A DNA stretch of 64,000 nt, from the NCBI RefSeq assembly GCF_902459465.1, contig NC_047070.1, positions 1,922,001-1,986,000 of the forward strand, read 5' to 3'. A program made the position numbers and the translations under genes. Shown here one piece after another: positions 52,556 to 64,000 of the stretch. Positions within the stretch are counted from its first letter, which is position 1; the number at the start of each line of letters is the position of its first letter. Origin of the DNA: Asterias rubens (Eukaryota). Below the pieces are notes generated by a model. The model ran no database searches. It was not told where the DNA came from and saw only the letters and a list, made by a program, of their open reading frames with translations.

Positions 52556-53140
52556 TAAGGCCACATAAAAAAAAAAATTGTTGATCGTCCTTTTTTTTTG
52601 CGGATGGGGGAGGAATGGAGGTTTTTTAAATATTTTTTTTATTATTTTGTATAAAGTTTTGTTGACATGCCAAATATGAAATCAATGATAAAGAAATCAT
52701 CACAATCACTATAAAACAGAGGGTTTGTGTGTTTTTGATGTTTTCAATAGTTTTGTCAAACAAATTTAACTCCTAGATGACATTTTCTGTAAACTTTTCA
52801 AACAACTAAGCACAGTGTAGCCCAAGTAAATATTTGAAGAATTGTTCTTGCTTTGCCAACATGAATAAAAACCTTCTTTAAACATCTTTTCAAACCTGTA
52901 CATTTTGAAAAAAATATCAGCTGAAAAATCTGGGCAGGTTAAAGTATAAAGAGATATCCAGACATGGGGGAAAAAAAAGAAGAGAACCAAAATGGGGTTT
53001 GGGGGGGTTTTGAATGGTCGGGTGGGGAGGATCAACAATTTTTTTTTTATGTGGCCTAAAAGCACGCTATATTCCTTATTCCCGATGCGAAACTAACATC
53101 TAGATATTTATTTTGTTTTTGTGTTTTCTTCCTTGTCAAG

Positions 53141-53205
53141 GCAACATAATGAATGAGCACAATCCACCCATGATGCTTCCGAACGGCTATGTGTATGGTG
53201 AATGT
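53141..53205 (+). CDS. MAEA: MAEA exon 9 ([22 protein letters not shown])
   Basis: Acceptor ttttcttccttgtcaag, donor TGT|GTAAGT, 65 nt; [12 protein letters not shown] motif. Confidence 0.95.
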
Positions 53206-53543
53206 GTAAGTACCACAAACATTATATTTTATTTTAAATATTCGGACTTAACTCGATGTGCCCTCCCAGACCCCGCCATCAAATGGCATACATGTATTTC
53301 CAAATAAATAAAATAAAATTATGAATAATCAAAGTAGAGATGATAACATATTGTAGTACAGAACACTAGATTAATTTGAAAAAAGCATGAAACACCAAAC
53401 TGACACAAATATTAGGTCAAGATAATGACAATTGTACTCATAATAACTGTCTTACTTTCCAAATTCCTTTGACCAAATTGTTTCCTTCAACTATTGTTAC
53501 AATCAGTAATGACTCAAGACATTACTGTTGTTGTTGTTTACAG

Positions 53544-53645
53544 TCCCTAAAAAGCATGGCGATTGAAAACAATGGCATTGTCATCTGCCCAAAGACAAGA
53601 GACAAATTCACCGTGGACCAGATAGAGAAGGTATTTATTATGTGA
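53544..53645 (+). CDS. MAEA: MAEA exon 10 (SLKSMAIENNGIVICPKTRDKFTVDQIEKVFIM*)
   Basis: Acceptor gttgtttacag, ends with TGA; the EKV.IM C-terminus is typical of MAEA. The joined CDS is 1164 nt, giving 387 aa plus stop. Confidence 0.95.
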   Translation, partial: SLKSMAIENNGIVICPKTRDKFTVDQIEKVFIM

Positions 53646-55048
53646 GACATCAAAGGCAAGAATGAGATGCAAACAAAGAGCTGTCGTCAAACCTGAATCC
53701 CGCTTTACATTCCACCTACTAGGAAAAATAAACGCCACTTAGCAAAACACCCAACCAGTCACATGCCTTGTCACTTGGGCAACTTTTACAGGCAACTTGG
53801 AGGCAACCATGTTACAGTGATATAGAAAGGTTCGCGGTAACACCATGTAATGATAATCACTTATTGAGTTGGGGTGGTTCTGAAAAGAACCGTAGGTTTC
53901 AACTTGACGTTTCCATCAGTATGCTCTGATACAGGTTGCAAACAATGTCTTACGATCCCCCCAGAACAAAATTTGAAGATATTGCCTTAAACTGGTTGCC
54001 TGTAAATTGCCTGGGGTCGATTTCCTGAAGAGATAAGACTTGTCTTATCTGGAGTTAGGACCAGTAACTGGTCTTAACTTAGGACTAGTCCTGTCCCCAC
54101 GCATTGCTTATACCTAAGTAAAGAAAAAGAAGGGTTTTGTGAAATACACCCCTAGTGTGACATCACCCTAAGGCTTTGCTGGTAATGTGGTTATGCAAAC
54201 AGTTTTGTTTCTGCCTAGTATTTTTGTGTCTAAATAGAAACTTGAGCCCAGGAGCTATTATCGTGGGATGTATCTCAAATATCAAATGTCACAATATTGC
54301 TGCACAAATGTTCAAAACAAAAAGAACTGCTCTGCTTTGCACACTATACAGTGTTTTCAAATATTGGTAACAAATAGAATATCTGCTGACTTAGGAGGGA
54401 TTCGAACCCTACCTAGTATGCTGGCAATGCTCATTAATCAGTGTTTTTCTTTTCAAAATATGGAAATGGAATGTTTCATTTGGTGGGACTAGTTTGTGTA
54501 TTATGAAGGAAGACAAGACATTGCAAATTGATAGTAAATATATTGTACAAATGTTACATCATGCGCATTTGCTGACTGGTGAAAAGTGCCGATATACTTT
54601 GCAGAAACTATATCTAGCTGTTGAAAAGTATCCTAACTGGTTACAAAGTCACTTTGTTTAGTTGAGAACGATAAACTGTATGACACCAATCTGAAATCAC
54701 CTTTAGTTTAGCGCGATTAAAATCAACAATCTTAGTGTGGTCAAGAGGCATATTGAAGTCCACTTTTGTTAAAACAAGGTCGCTGGGACTGGTCAAATTA
54801 CCTCTTTGTAACAAGAAGGTTGTGATAAGAGGACAGCAAAACAAAGAAACACAAAGCAGAAATGAGATTCAGGTCTTAAGAATGTCCCCTTTTAAGTAGA
54901 ACGTCTTTATAGAGAGGGCTGGCTGTATGCGGAACAATCAAAATTCCCATAGATTGATCACCAACATGTATAACTTCCCTTTAAACATGTGAAATGGACA
55001 GTCAAGCTCTTACAAACCATTTGATAAAAGTTTTGTGGCAAGGCATAC

Positions 55049-55195
55049 AATAGGAGACTTTCCACGCTAGGCGGCAGCAGACATACCGGGTAAATTTCCA
55101 TTGTTTACGTAGTTCTGAACATGCGCATAATTCTGAGAACAATGGATTTACCCGGTAAGTCTGCTGCCCTCTATCGTCCCAGAAAGTCTCCCATT
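55049..55195. mobile_element. Palindromic ~145-bp MITE (AAT(G/A)GGAGACTT TIR); copies at 57239-57384 and ~28280-28425
   Basis: TIRs and a shared core ggcagcagacttacc.ggtaaa.ttccattgtt. Confidence 0.8.
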
Positions 55196-58024
55196 GTTAG
55201 ACGATATGCTTCTGTATTCTAAGCCAATCCAAATAAATCCAGATTGCCTGACAAGGAGCCTTCATGAAGGAAATAAAGTCCTAACTTGAAAACTTACTCA
55301 ATTATTGCTATTTACAGGACCGTTGTGAACAAGTAAAATATTTTACCAAACCCTTTTCATGATGGCTAACTATCAGTAAATAATGTATACTTGGGGTTCA
55401 AGGTATATAGGAAAATTAACATACTAAACAAATTAAAAGAAAACAATTTTTTTCTTCTTCAAGTCCTCACTCGAAGAAGGCTATTAAAAACTGGTTATAG
55501 TGAGAGATTGCAGCTTAAAGAGCAGACGATATTTATATTTATTCTGTAACAGCTTTGTGTAAAAATTCAGCACTAACCCAATAATCAGATGAGGCATTGA
55601 ATTTCATCTTGAAGAGGGCAAGGCCATTTTCATTTTGTTTACAAAATCTGAAAAGTCTATGGGAAACTTTGGAAGGGGCACCAAGGCCAAGACCAGGGGC
55701 AAGGAAGGCCATGGCCTCCGTGGCCTGGGTGTCATTTCAAGATAAAGGCAGCTCAAGACTTAGAAAGAAATGATTAATGTTAGAATATATTTACATGACT
55801 AATTTGTGGTTTGTTTATAACAGTTTCTTTGTTAAACCCCCATTTGAGAAAAGTGTTGATTTTTAGTTCCTTGTTTCTGATGTTCAAATTAAAACCGTCA
55901 ACATTTCTTTTGCTGAAATACTATTCAACAGAACAGTCATAAATTGTCCAACATTGTTTGTATGCAGATTTTATGCATTTTATTTGTAATTAATTTCTAC
56001 AAATGAAACATGTTCACTTAATTGCTTTTCGTTCCTGTCAACACTAACCAGTGACTAACAACAACACATTGTCATGCTTTGGCCGAGTTATTTTGTGCAT
56101 CCAAACACCTCAAACTTGAACTGTGCACTGTCTATCCCTCTGCCTAGAGTACAGGTGATGTTTGTCAAATTGGGCTTCAATGTTTTGACCTTCTTGTGAC
56201 AACTTAACTTAAAAGGCCCTTTTCCCATTTAACTATTTAACTTGCACTAATACTTCTGGTTGGCAAAATGGGGCGGATGGTGGCGATATACATAAATATT
56301 TGTGCGTCTGCCTTGGTCATACCCGTATGTTGTTTGCCAACCAATAGTGTCTGAACTTATGCCTGAACGTAATTATGTGAAAGACTACTTGCCCTTTTGA
56401 TTAAGCATTAAGCTCGGTTCATACTTACTGTGAATGCGATACAAACTTTGACGTCACAATTTCGCAACAAATAATTCTGAACAGTTAGCTCCTGTGAAAC
56501 ATTTGCTGCAAAACACTGCAATGTAGATAGATAGATACGTTTACGTTTATTCACATGTTAAAACTTTGCTTCACATTTGTATTCGCAGGAAGTATGAACC
56601 CGGCTTCACAGGCCTAACATACTTTTTAATTTTCATACATATTAACTTGTTAATTTTCATACATATTAACTTGTTAATTAAAAACCAATATTTTAAGCTA
56701 ATTATTTGCAATAAATGTATTCTATGTATTTTTATGGTTTAATTTCTTAAATAAGATGTCGTTAGATGTATAATGGAAGTTGAGAATGGTGTTGAAATTT
56801 AATCTTGCTCGACTCTGATATTTTGTTCCTTAGGTAGGCCCTATAGATGAAAACGTGTTCACAACCTTTCCACAGATAACCATTGTATCAATTTAAAAAC
56901 TATATCCTGATTTAATTAATCTTAAAACCCACCAAATCCGTACCTTAATGTTTCCAGAGTTTGATGGATTCCTAACTGCATAGCCTAACTACACAACATG
57001 CTCACAATAAATTAATTGATAGAGCCATTTTCAAAAGTTGCGAAGGACATTTCAAAAATCTGCTCAATCCCCCCCCCCCTTGTGTGACAAGTCTGCTGCT
57101 TGATCCAGTAATATGACATATTACTCTTATACATTACAATAGACCTTTAGCTTTAAGATTGACCCACTTCACCAAGACCTGCTAAAAACATGCATCGATT
57201 CATGCAAAGTCTTCTTCCCTAGTACCTACTGATCAGTCAATGGGAGACTTGAAAGTGCTAGGTGGCAGCGGACTTACCAGGTACATTTCCATTGTTTACG
57301 TAGTTCTGAGCTTGCGCACATTACGAGAACAATGGATTTTACCTGGTAAGTCTGCTGCCACCAAGCGTCCCAAAGTCTCCCATTACTGCTGAATTAGAAA
57401 CTGCACTTATAATCACCATTCCCTACTTACTGTGCAAGCATCGAATTTCTGCACTAGCTGTGCAAGCAAAGAATGCCTAGTAAACATGAGGTATGCACTA
57501 ACCCGTGAAATACGTTTGTCGTAAGTGTGGAATTTTCTGCGTCCGTATGCATCGATTATTTGCTTACGGTAAGCAGAGCCAAATAATTGGGCCCAATACA
57601 TGTTTAGGCCATTACCATTATGCCTCCATCTTGGTCGTGTTCCTCGTATCCAACAACCGTAATGATTGCTACTATACGTTGAACAGAAAAGAAATAGACT
57701 ATTTCTCCTTCCAGCCTTGATTCGGTTACATTGATTTGAATGGGGGAAAATTAAGATGGCCGCACCGGGATCAAGGTCTGTTTCAGGTCATAAGAAAAAA
57801 CAAAGATATAGCTCAGTGTTTTGTTTAAATACAACTGTTTATTAAATTTCACTCAAATCATTTTTGTATGTACAAATAAAATATTTCAAAGAATGGAAGT
57901 ATAATTTACAATTAAATAATGCGTTCTTAGAAATGCTGAAAGCAGGCAGACTCTTAAACAAAAGGGTTTGAATTTGTTCAGCCTCTGATGAGGATTAAAA
58001 ACCAAAAGTCATGGATACAACATC

Positions 58025-58416
58025 TTAAAGGCAGTGGACACTATTGGTAATTACTCAAAATAATTATTATCATAAAACCTTTCTTGGTTATGAGTAATGG
58101 GGAGAGGTTGATAGTATAAAACATTGTGAGAAACAGCTCCCTCTGAAGTGATTTCGAGACAGAAGTAATTTTCCACAAATTTGATTTTGAGACCTCAGAT
58201 TTAGCATTTGAGGTCTTGAAATTAAGCATCTGAAAGCACACAACTTCGTTAGACCATGGTGCGGCAAGGGTGTTTTTTTCTTTCATTAATATCTCGCAAC
58301 TTCATCGACCGATTGAGATCAAGTTTTCACAGGCTTGTTATTATATGCATATGTTGAGATACACCCACTGTGAAGACTAGTCTTAGACAATTACCAATAG
58401 TGTCCAGTGTCTTTAA
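58025..58416. mobile_element. Main-family TTAA MITE copy
   Basis: TIRs plus TTAA on both sides. Confidence 0.88.
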
Positions 58417-59795
58417 TAAAGCTACATAAGAAAGCTACTAAGAAAAATCATGCATTTGGATGAACGATTGTGTTCTCCATAAGAAATAAGACGTGTTCTT
58501 GCACGTATTATTCAATGATGTACTGCATTGGAGATCTAAGGAAGACATATTGAAGATAATACTTGGTATCCAAGAAATCTACTTAGCAGAAATTTCACAA
58601 AACGCTAAGATTGATCTTAAGCCGTGTATCAAGTTTAATTGCTAAGCAAAGTGTGATGTCACAAGACACATCACTATGGTGATATTGACAACACATCTTA
58701 AGATGAATCTTAGTGCGTCAAATGAAATAAGTTGTTTCACTTTCTTTAACCTACCAAAAGTATAAGTTATGAAAATAAAAAGTGCTAGCCACGCCATGAG
58801 CAAGAATGTGTTCCTTTTATGTCTATAGTTTGTTGAGTTATGACTTCATGTTAGTTTCTATTAAATATTTGTATTAAAGATAGAAAAAATCTGAATTCTT
58901 GGAAGAATCTGTGGAAAAAAAACTTATATTGTGACCTGCAAAGTAAATAGTTTTTGCTGAAAAGGTCTGTAAATTCGCAGTTTAGTTTGCATAGCAGTTC
59001 TATATTTTTACAGATATTTTATGTTTTGAAATAATATTCTTCATGCTTGATCATAGATAGCATACAATGAATTGAAAACTAATTGAAAAGATTTGTATTA
59101 GAAATAAACCCTACATAAATAATCCTTTGTAAATAAAATGCAATTAGGGAAGCCCTTTTCAGTGAGGTTAATGAATACAAATTGTTACGGAAGAACAAAC
59201 GTTGGGCTGTAACTGGTTACAAGGAAGCTGATTTGCAGATTTACTAAAGTTCCAAACTAACTTAAGCTCAAAAGAACTTATATTTGTACAAGTATCTGTA
59301 CCCCGAGTTGGATTGTTGGGTAAATCCAACTTCTAGTCTTGCATAGAGGGAAAACAGAACAGAAACTAACGTTTTTGTTATAACAAGTTGAGACGACAAG
59401 ACTACAAATTAACCACTGGCATCAAGGTTTTGGCCAGGATTTGGTAAATGTGTGTCAACGTTTTCTGGAAGTAAAAACTGGGTGGCCAAATTAGTCGCTT
59501 ACAATACACTTTTATGTAAATGATAAAACAGCGTGTCCAAATTTAAAACAGGGTGTCCAAAAAGCACCCAGACACCCCTCTGGCTAACACTATGATTAAG
59601 CATAGATTGAAATCCTTTGCTTATCGTTAAATGTTCACTAGGAATTGTGCTTTGACCATCAAACACAAAGTAGTAACCCCATTTCCCACCAGAATGTCCC
59701 CCGCGATACCTTTTGTTTAAGAACAACAATACCATTGTTTGACACTCACAAAATGGTGCTCCAACATCCCAAAGTTCCAGACTCTATTCATCAAT

Positions 59796-60122
59796 TTAAT
59801 ACGCTTTGTAAGAATACTTCCACGGGTTGGGTTTCAAGTGAGGTTCCTTACTCGAGACTAGAGTTTGTGTTTCCGTCCTGTAAGGCACATCGGGGGATCG
59901 AAACCAGTCCGTTGTCGTCGAATCCAGTTTCTGTTTTCCTTCTCTTGGCTCAGCATGCTGGCGAGGGAACCGACGTCTTGTGGGTGGTTCCCTGCATTGT
60001 CTACCAGTGAACGCATCTCCATAATTTGTGGAGCTTAAATCCTGATTTGGCAAGTCCCATGTGTAGAAGTTTTTAGATTCATGTTGTCTTTCATCGCCAT
60101 GGAAAAGACGCTTTCCGAGACT
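59796..60122 (-). CDS. TEX36: TEX36-like exon 4 (SLGKRLFHGDERQHESKNFYTW…TRRRFPRQH…NPWKYSYKAY*)
   Basis: Acceptor ctgtccacccttttag; LG.R…RQH.S.NF..W and RRFPR motifs; in frame with the track ORF 59796..60053. The joined CDS is 600 nt, giving 199 aa plus stop. Confidence 0.88.
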   Translation of the reverse strand, partial: SLGKRLFHGDERQHESKNFYTWDLPNQDLSSTNYGDAFTGRQCREPPTRRRFPRQHAEPREGKQKLDSTTTDWFRSPDVPYRTETQTLVSSKEPHLKPNPWKYSYKAY

Positions 60123-60524
60123 CTAAAAGGGTGGACAGAAAACAGTTGTTAAAAGATAAATTTAATTCAAAGAAGCTAAATATAATTTGTTTTCTTCTAC
60201 CCTCACACCGATGTATATTAAGAACTGACTCAGTACTTTCCCAAGTTTTGGGAAGAAAAAAAAAACACTTGGATGGGATTCAAACCCACAACCTTTGCAT
60301 TGCTAGAGCAGATGTCTTACCATTAGACCAGCGAGCTAGCACGATGGCTAGAGCCAATTTGAATTCTATGTTTTAGTAACTGGTAGTGTATGCAGTGCTT
60401 AACTACACATCAGTGTAAGGGTCAAAACAAATTATATTCTTTATCCCCCCAAGCAAAAATATAACATATAAAATAAAAAATAGGGTGCAAAATTAGTTCT
60501 TACTGAGCACCTCTTAGTTATCTG

Positions 60525-60723
60525 GGTCCAATTTCATAAAGCTGTTAAGCAGAAAATACTGCTAGACAAATTCTTTGCTAAGCAATAATTAAGTCACGCA
60601 CCAGCCACAACACCAAAATGCATTATAGTTTCGGCTGGTAACATGAATCTGCTAAGCAATACTATTCTGTGTTTAGCGATTGAGTTTTGTGTGCTTACAG
60701 TACAAGCTTTATGAAATTGTGCC
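60525..60723. mobile_element. Harbinger-like MITE with CTG TSD (TEX36 intron 3)
   Basis: CTG|GGTCCAATTTCATAAAGCT…AGCTTTATGAAATTGTGCC|CTG; a partial relative ends at ~21927. Confidence 0.75.
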
Positions 60724-60748
60724 CTGCACGGTTGTTTTATGTTCTTAC

Positions 60749-60829
60749 ATGTCCAAAGTAAACGCCATGATCTTGAAATGAATGTCTATTGTCGTGCACA
60801 GAGAAGGAGTTTTCCATGTCATAGGTCAT
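60749..60829 (-). CDS. TEX36: TEX36-like exon 3 with HDNR motif (MTYDMENSFSVHDNRHSFQDHGVYFGH)
   Basis: Acceptor cttgtattttttcag, donor CAT|GTAAGA; the FSVHDNRHS motif is diagnostic of the HDNR/TEX36 family. Confidence 0.9.
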
Positions 60830-61066
60830 CTGAAAAAATACAAGAATTATAACATCATTTATTCATATCACTCACATCACTGGAACAAAAGATAAAATTT
60901 GATATTTTTTATACATTTGTAAAGAGCATTGATTGAATGCTGTTAACATTTCTAGTTGATACCACCTTTGGTTGAAACGTTGTGAATACACCAAGAGATG
61001 TAACAGAAGAAAACAAACTGCGAAAAAGTGTTTTTTTGCATCACATTTGTTTTGATAAACACTGTT

Positions 61067-61451
61067 TTGAAAGACACTGGACACTATTGGTAATTGTCAA
61101 AGACCAGTCTTCTCACTTGCTGTATTTCAACAAATGCATAAAATAACAAACCTGTGAAAATTTGAGCTCAATCGGTCATCGAAGTTGCAAGATAATAATG
61201 AAGAAAAAACACCCTTGTCACATGAAGTTGTGAGCTTTCAGTGCTTGATTTTGAGACCTCAAAATCTAATTCTGAGGTTTGGAAAACAAATTTGTGGAAA
61301 ATTACTTCTTTCTTGAAAACTATGTTACTCCAGAGGGAGTTGTTTCTCACAATGTTTTATACTATCAACAGCTCCCCATTACTCGTTACCAAGTAAGGTT
61401 TTATGCTAATAATTATTTTGAGTAATTACCAATAGTGTCCACTGCGTTTAA
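61067..61451. mobile_element. Main-family TTAA MITE (TEX36 intron 2)
   Basis: TIRs, internal homology, right TTAA. Confidence 0.85.
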
Positions 61452-61892
61452 CCTACAATATAAACAGTATGTCATCTGTCACTGTATTTTATTGACAGGA
61501 ATTTTATCAGGAGTGTCATTCAGAAATGATACTTTGACCCCCTCAAATGTTTTTGTTTGTTCTTGTTGAACATTGGTCATGTGTTAAAGTTAAGCCTCAA
61601 GTACCAAGGGCATCAATCAAAATGGTGTGGAATTCAGTGATAAAAAGTAGTTTGTGCAAAACATGTTTGGTGGTGGTTCTACGAATACTTGAAAATGTTA
61701 AGCAAGGTTTTAGCACGAATTTGATAAGGGAGTTGAAATTTGCTGGAAATTTCAAAACTGTCTGTGCAAATCATTCACTTATAATAATTACAGATAAAAC
61801 AGGTTGTCCAAAAGACACACAGACACACCTCTGATGACCAACACTACATGTTTCATTGCAAGGTAAAGGAGAGAAGATTTCTAGTGAAAGGG

Positions 61893-62137
61893 AGGGAGGT
61901 TTAGCTGCACATTACGCGAGCAAAAAACGTGAACCTGAACGTCAGAAAATGGTGTCGTTTCTAGGTGACGTCACCACTTTGGGCTTATTTCATGCCCATG
62001 TATGATGTCTGCACACACGTACCTGACGTAAGGAAATGGTATTTTCACGTATGCTTAAAACGTGAGATTTTTACAACAAAATTTTCTGACATTCACGTTC
62101 ATGTTTTTGCTCGCAGAACGTGTGGCTAAACCTCCCT
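61893..62137. mobile_element. Palindromic MITE (AGGGAGGTTTAGC TIR), TEX36 intron 2
   Basis: Nested inverted repeats gcgagcaaaaaacgtgaac / gttcatgtttttgctcgc. Confidence 0.7.
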
Positions 62138-62177
62138 GATGACGTTGAAACTGCATCCAAAGTGTATTGTAACATAC

Positions 62178-62318
62178 CTCCATCTTTGTATTGAACTGTT
62201 CTGGAGGGGGTTTAGGGCGCTGGGGTTGTGTCTCCCGTAGTGTCGTGTTCAGCATATTTCCAGTACTAGTCATTGTGTCTCTCATCAATGGAGGATCAGA
62301 CCAGCCTCTGGTGCGGAA
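62178..62318 (-). CDS. TEX36: TEX36-like exon 2 (FRTRGWSDPPLMRDTM…PKPPPEQFNTKME)
   Basis: Acceptor ttttttcttttcag, donor GAG|GTATGT, 141 nt, phase 0-0. Confidence 0.85.
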
Positions 62319-62837
62319 CTGAAAAGAAAAAACATATTTGTAATACGTGTTATGAAAGCACCCCATTTAAATAGTTTACAAATTGAGAAAATACTCCTTT
62401 AAAAAAAAAAATAAAAATAAAATATAAACAAGAATTACAAACCCTCAGTTATAAATGCTAATTATGTCTGATAGTTTATGATCAACAATTGAGCTGATAT
62501 TATTATTATTATTGTTATTATTTATTTGGCCATTTCACAAAAAAAAATAACAATACATGTCGTAGTTGCAATAACGTAACCCTCCTGCCGACGACGACAG
62601 GACTCCGGGAGGATTACGTTACCTCAACTAACGTTGACAATATTGACACAGAACTCAAGTCTTGTGCTATTTGAAACAATATTTCAAATAATATTTATGC
62701 CTATTCAATTTGTTTATATTTTTAATCAGTCGTACTTTTTAAAATAATAATAGCCTATTATTAGGCCTATTTTGATAAAAATAATTTTTATTTTGAGAAG
62801 TTATTTAAACTTTAAAGAAACAAAAACACAAACTTAC

Positions 62838-62888
62838 CCATATTCCATCATTACTTGCTGACGGGGCACACTGCCTTGACTTCGGCAT
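62838..62888 (-). CDS. TEX36: TEX36-like exon 1 (MPKSRQCAPSASNDGIW)
   Basis: Donor TGG|GTAAGT; resembles the vertebrate TEX36 N-terminus (M.K.R…P…DG.W) as recalled. Confidence 0.8.
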
Positions 62889-63233
62889 AACCAAGCAAGA
62901 AGACACACCCAAGAAAGAAGAGTAAGTTTAGTTTGTTGTCACACTCAAAAAAGTTCCAAGATCGAGTCGAGAACGAAGTTCAATTCAATCCCAAACAACT
63001 GCTCGCCTCAGGTCGGAGTCAGAAAGCTCTTATATACTTTTTATCTCCACATCATATAGTTAGCTTGTAGACAAGATTTTGTTTACCGAAAGTGAATAAA
63101 TTGTTGTGATTGTCCAAATAAACACCCATCAACTTTCTTAACAATGTGCGCATAATGTTCAATGTTCGATGGATATTGCTCTCTGTATGTGTGTTGTTTT
63201 GATGTTGTTCAATGCACATTGCACGCCGCGTAT

Positions 63234-63247
63234 GTTGCCGAGGTAAT
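63234..63247. promoter_or_regulatory. Putative RFX X-box upstream of the TEX36-like gene
   Basis: GTTGCCGAGGTAAT is a near match to the X-box palindrome GTTGCCATGGCAAC, ~350 bp upstream of the ATG. Confidence 0.35.
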
Positions 63248-64000
63248 AGTCTGGCTACGGTCTAACCATTTACATGTTGTGGAAACATATCTTCCGGAAC
63301 CGGACTACTGTAACTTTTTTTTTCGGAGGGCGCCACCAACGTCCAATTAGATGAAACACCTGCTAGCTCAGGGGGGCGGGGGCAGGGGGGGGGGAATAAA
63401 TCGTTGATAATACATTTTGGTATGGTTTTTAAATAATGGTTTTTGAATACTTTGTTATTTTGACCATGCACAAAAGGGGGTGGAATGAAATTCTAATGCG
63501 TGCCTGAAGTCATGAATGATGCGTGAAGTCGGGAAAAGGTTTGTATTAGACCTAGCAACTAAAAAGTAAAATTAATGACATCATTTTTGCAAATGTAATT
63601 TTTTTTAAAAATGAGTACAGAGCAACAGTTAGTGGATTTAGGGTTGTCTATACGTTGTACAAACATTCCGTCCACCCACACATCGAAGTTTGAATCCACC
63701 TATAGGCCTAGTATAGGGCTAAATATAATCCACTGGAAAAACATTGAACGACCTTGTTAATACCTCAAGCAAATCGATATAATTCAATCCAAAATAATAA
63801 CATTACAACGGCTGTCCAGTGTTTACATTTAATATGAAAATCAATTAATTGAATTCGAACAAAAGAAAGCTATTATATTCTTCGAACTGAAACCCCTGCA
63901 CAACCTTCGTAAAACAAAAGCGCAAAATACGGACAGTGTTTTTTTCTTCTTCTAATGCTGTCATCATTTCACACGCTCTGCCGCCAGTGGTATTTATTAA

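Noticed and set aside
59645-60010. 121-aa plus-strand ORF
   Set aside because: It is the antisense shadow of TEX36-like exon 4.
61957-61973. X-box plus CRE (GTTTCTAGGTGACGTCA) as a TEX36 enhancer
   Set aside because: It lies inside a palindromic MITE, so it may be carried passively; no independent support.

Overview
AT-rich animal genomic DNA with GT-AG spliceosomal introns; nothing prokaryotic. It is probably an invertebrate deuterostome such as an echinoderm (inference from the THAP-CtBP architecture and repeat style). Three spliced genes can be reconstructed by hand, and the ORF track shows them only in fragments. (1) On the minus strand, the 5' end of a THAP-domain CtBP gene: a first coding exon at 25537-25695 encodes MPTTCGFPNCKFRSRYKGTEDPRHFYRVPKRPTVLRERWLEAIGRTEETIVGQ, with a probable upstream UTR exon ending at 42878. 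The rest of that gene was not found and presumably lies left of the window. (2) Head-to-head with it on the plus strand, a complete 10-exon MAEA gene (CTLH/GID E3 ligase subunit, 387 aa, 45964-53645). (3) Convergent with MAEA on the minus strand, a complete 4-exon TEX36-like HDNR-domain gene (199 aa, 59796-62888). The order CtBP(-) MAEA(+) TEX36(-) appears to unite the human CTBP1-MAEA and CTBP2-TEX36 neighbourhoods. Introns and intergenic DNA are dense with short non-autonomous DNA transposons (TTAA-flanked Kolobok-like, CWG/TTA-flanked Harbinger-like, CAGG-ended and palindromic MITEs), tRNA-derived SINEs, a homogeneous 30 x 45-bp minisatellite and local tandem duplications. Repeat boundaries are hand-read and approximate; family names rest on termini and target-site patterns, not database searches.
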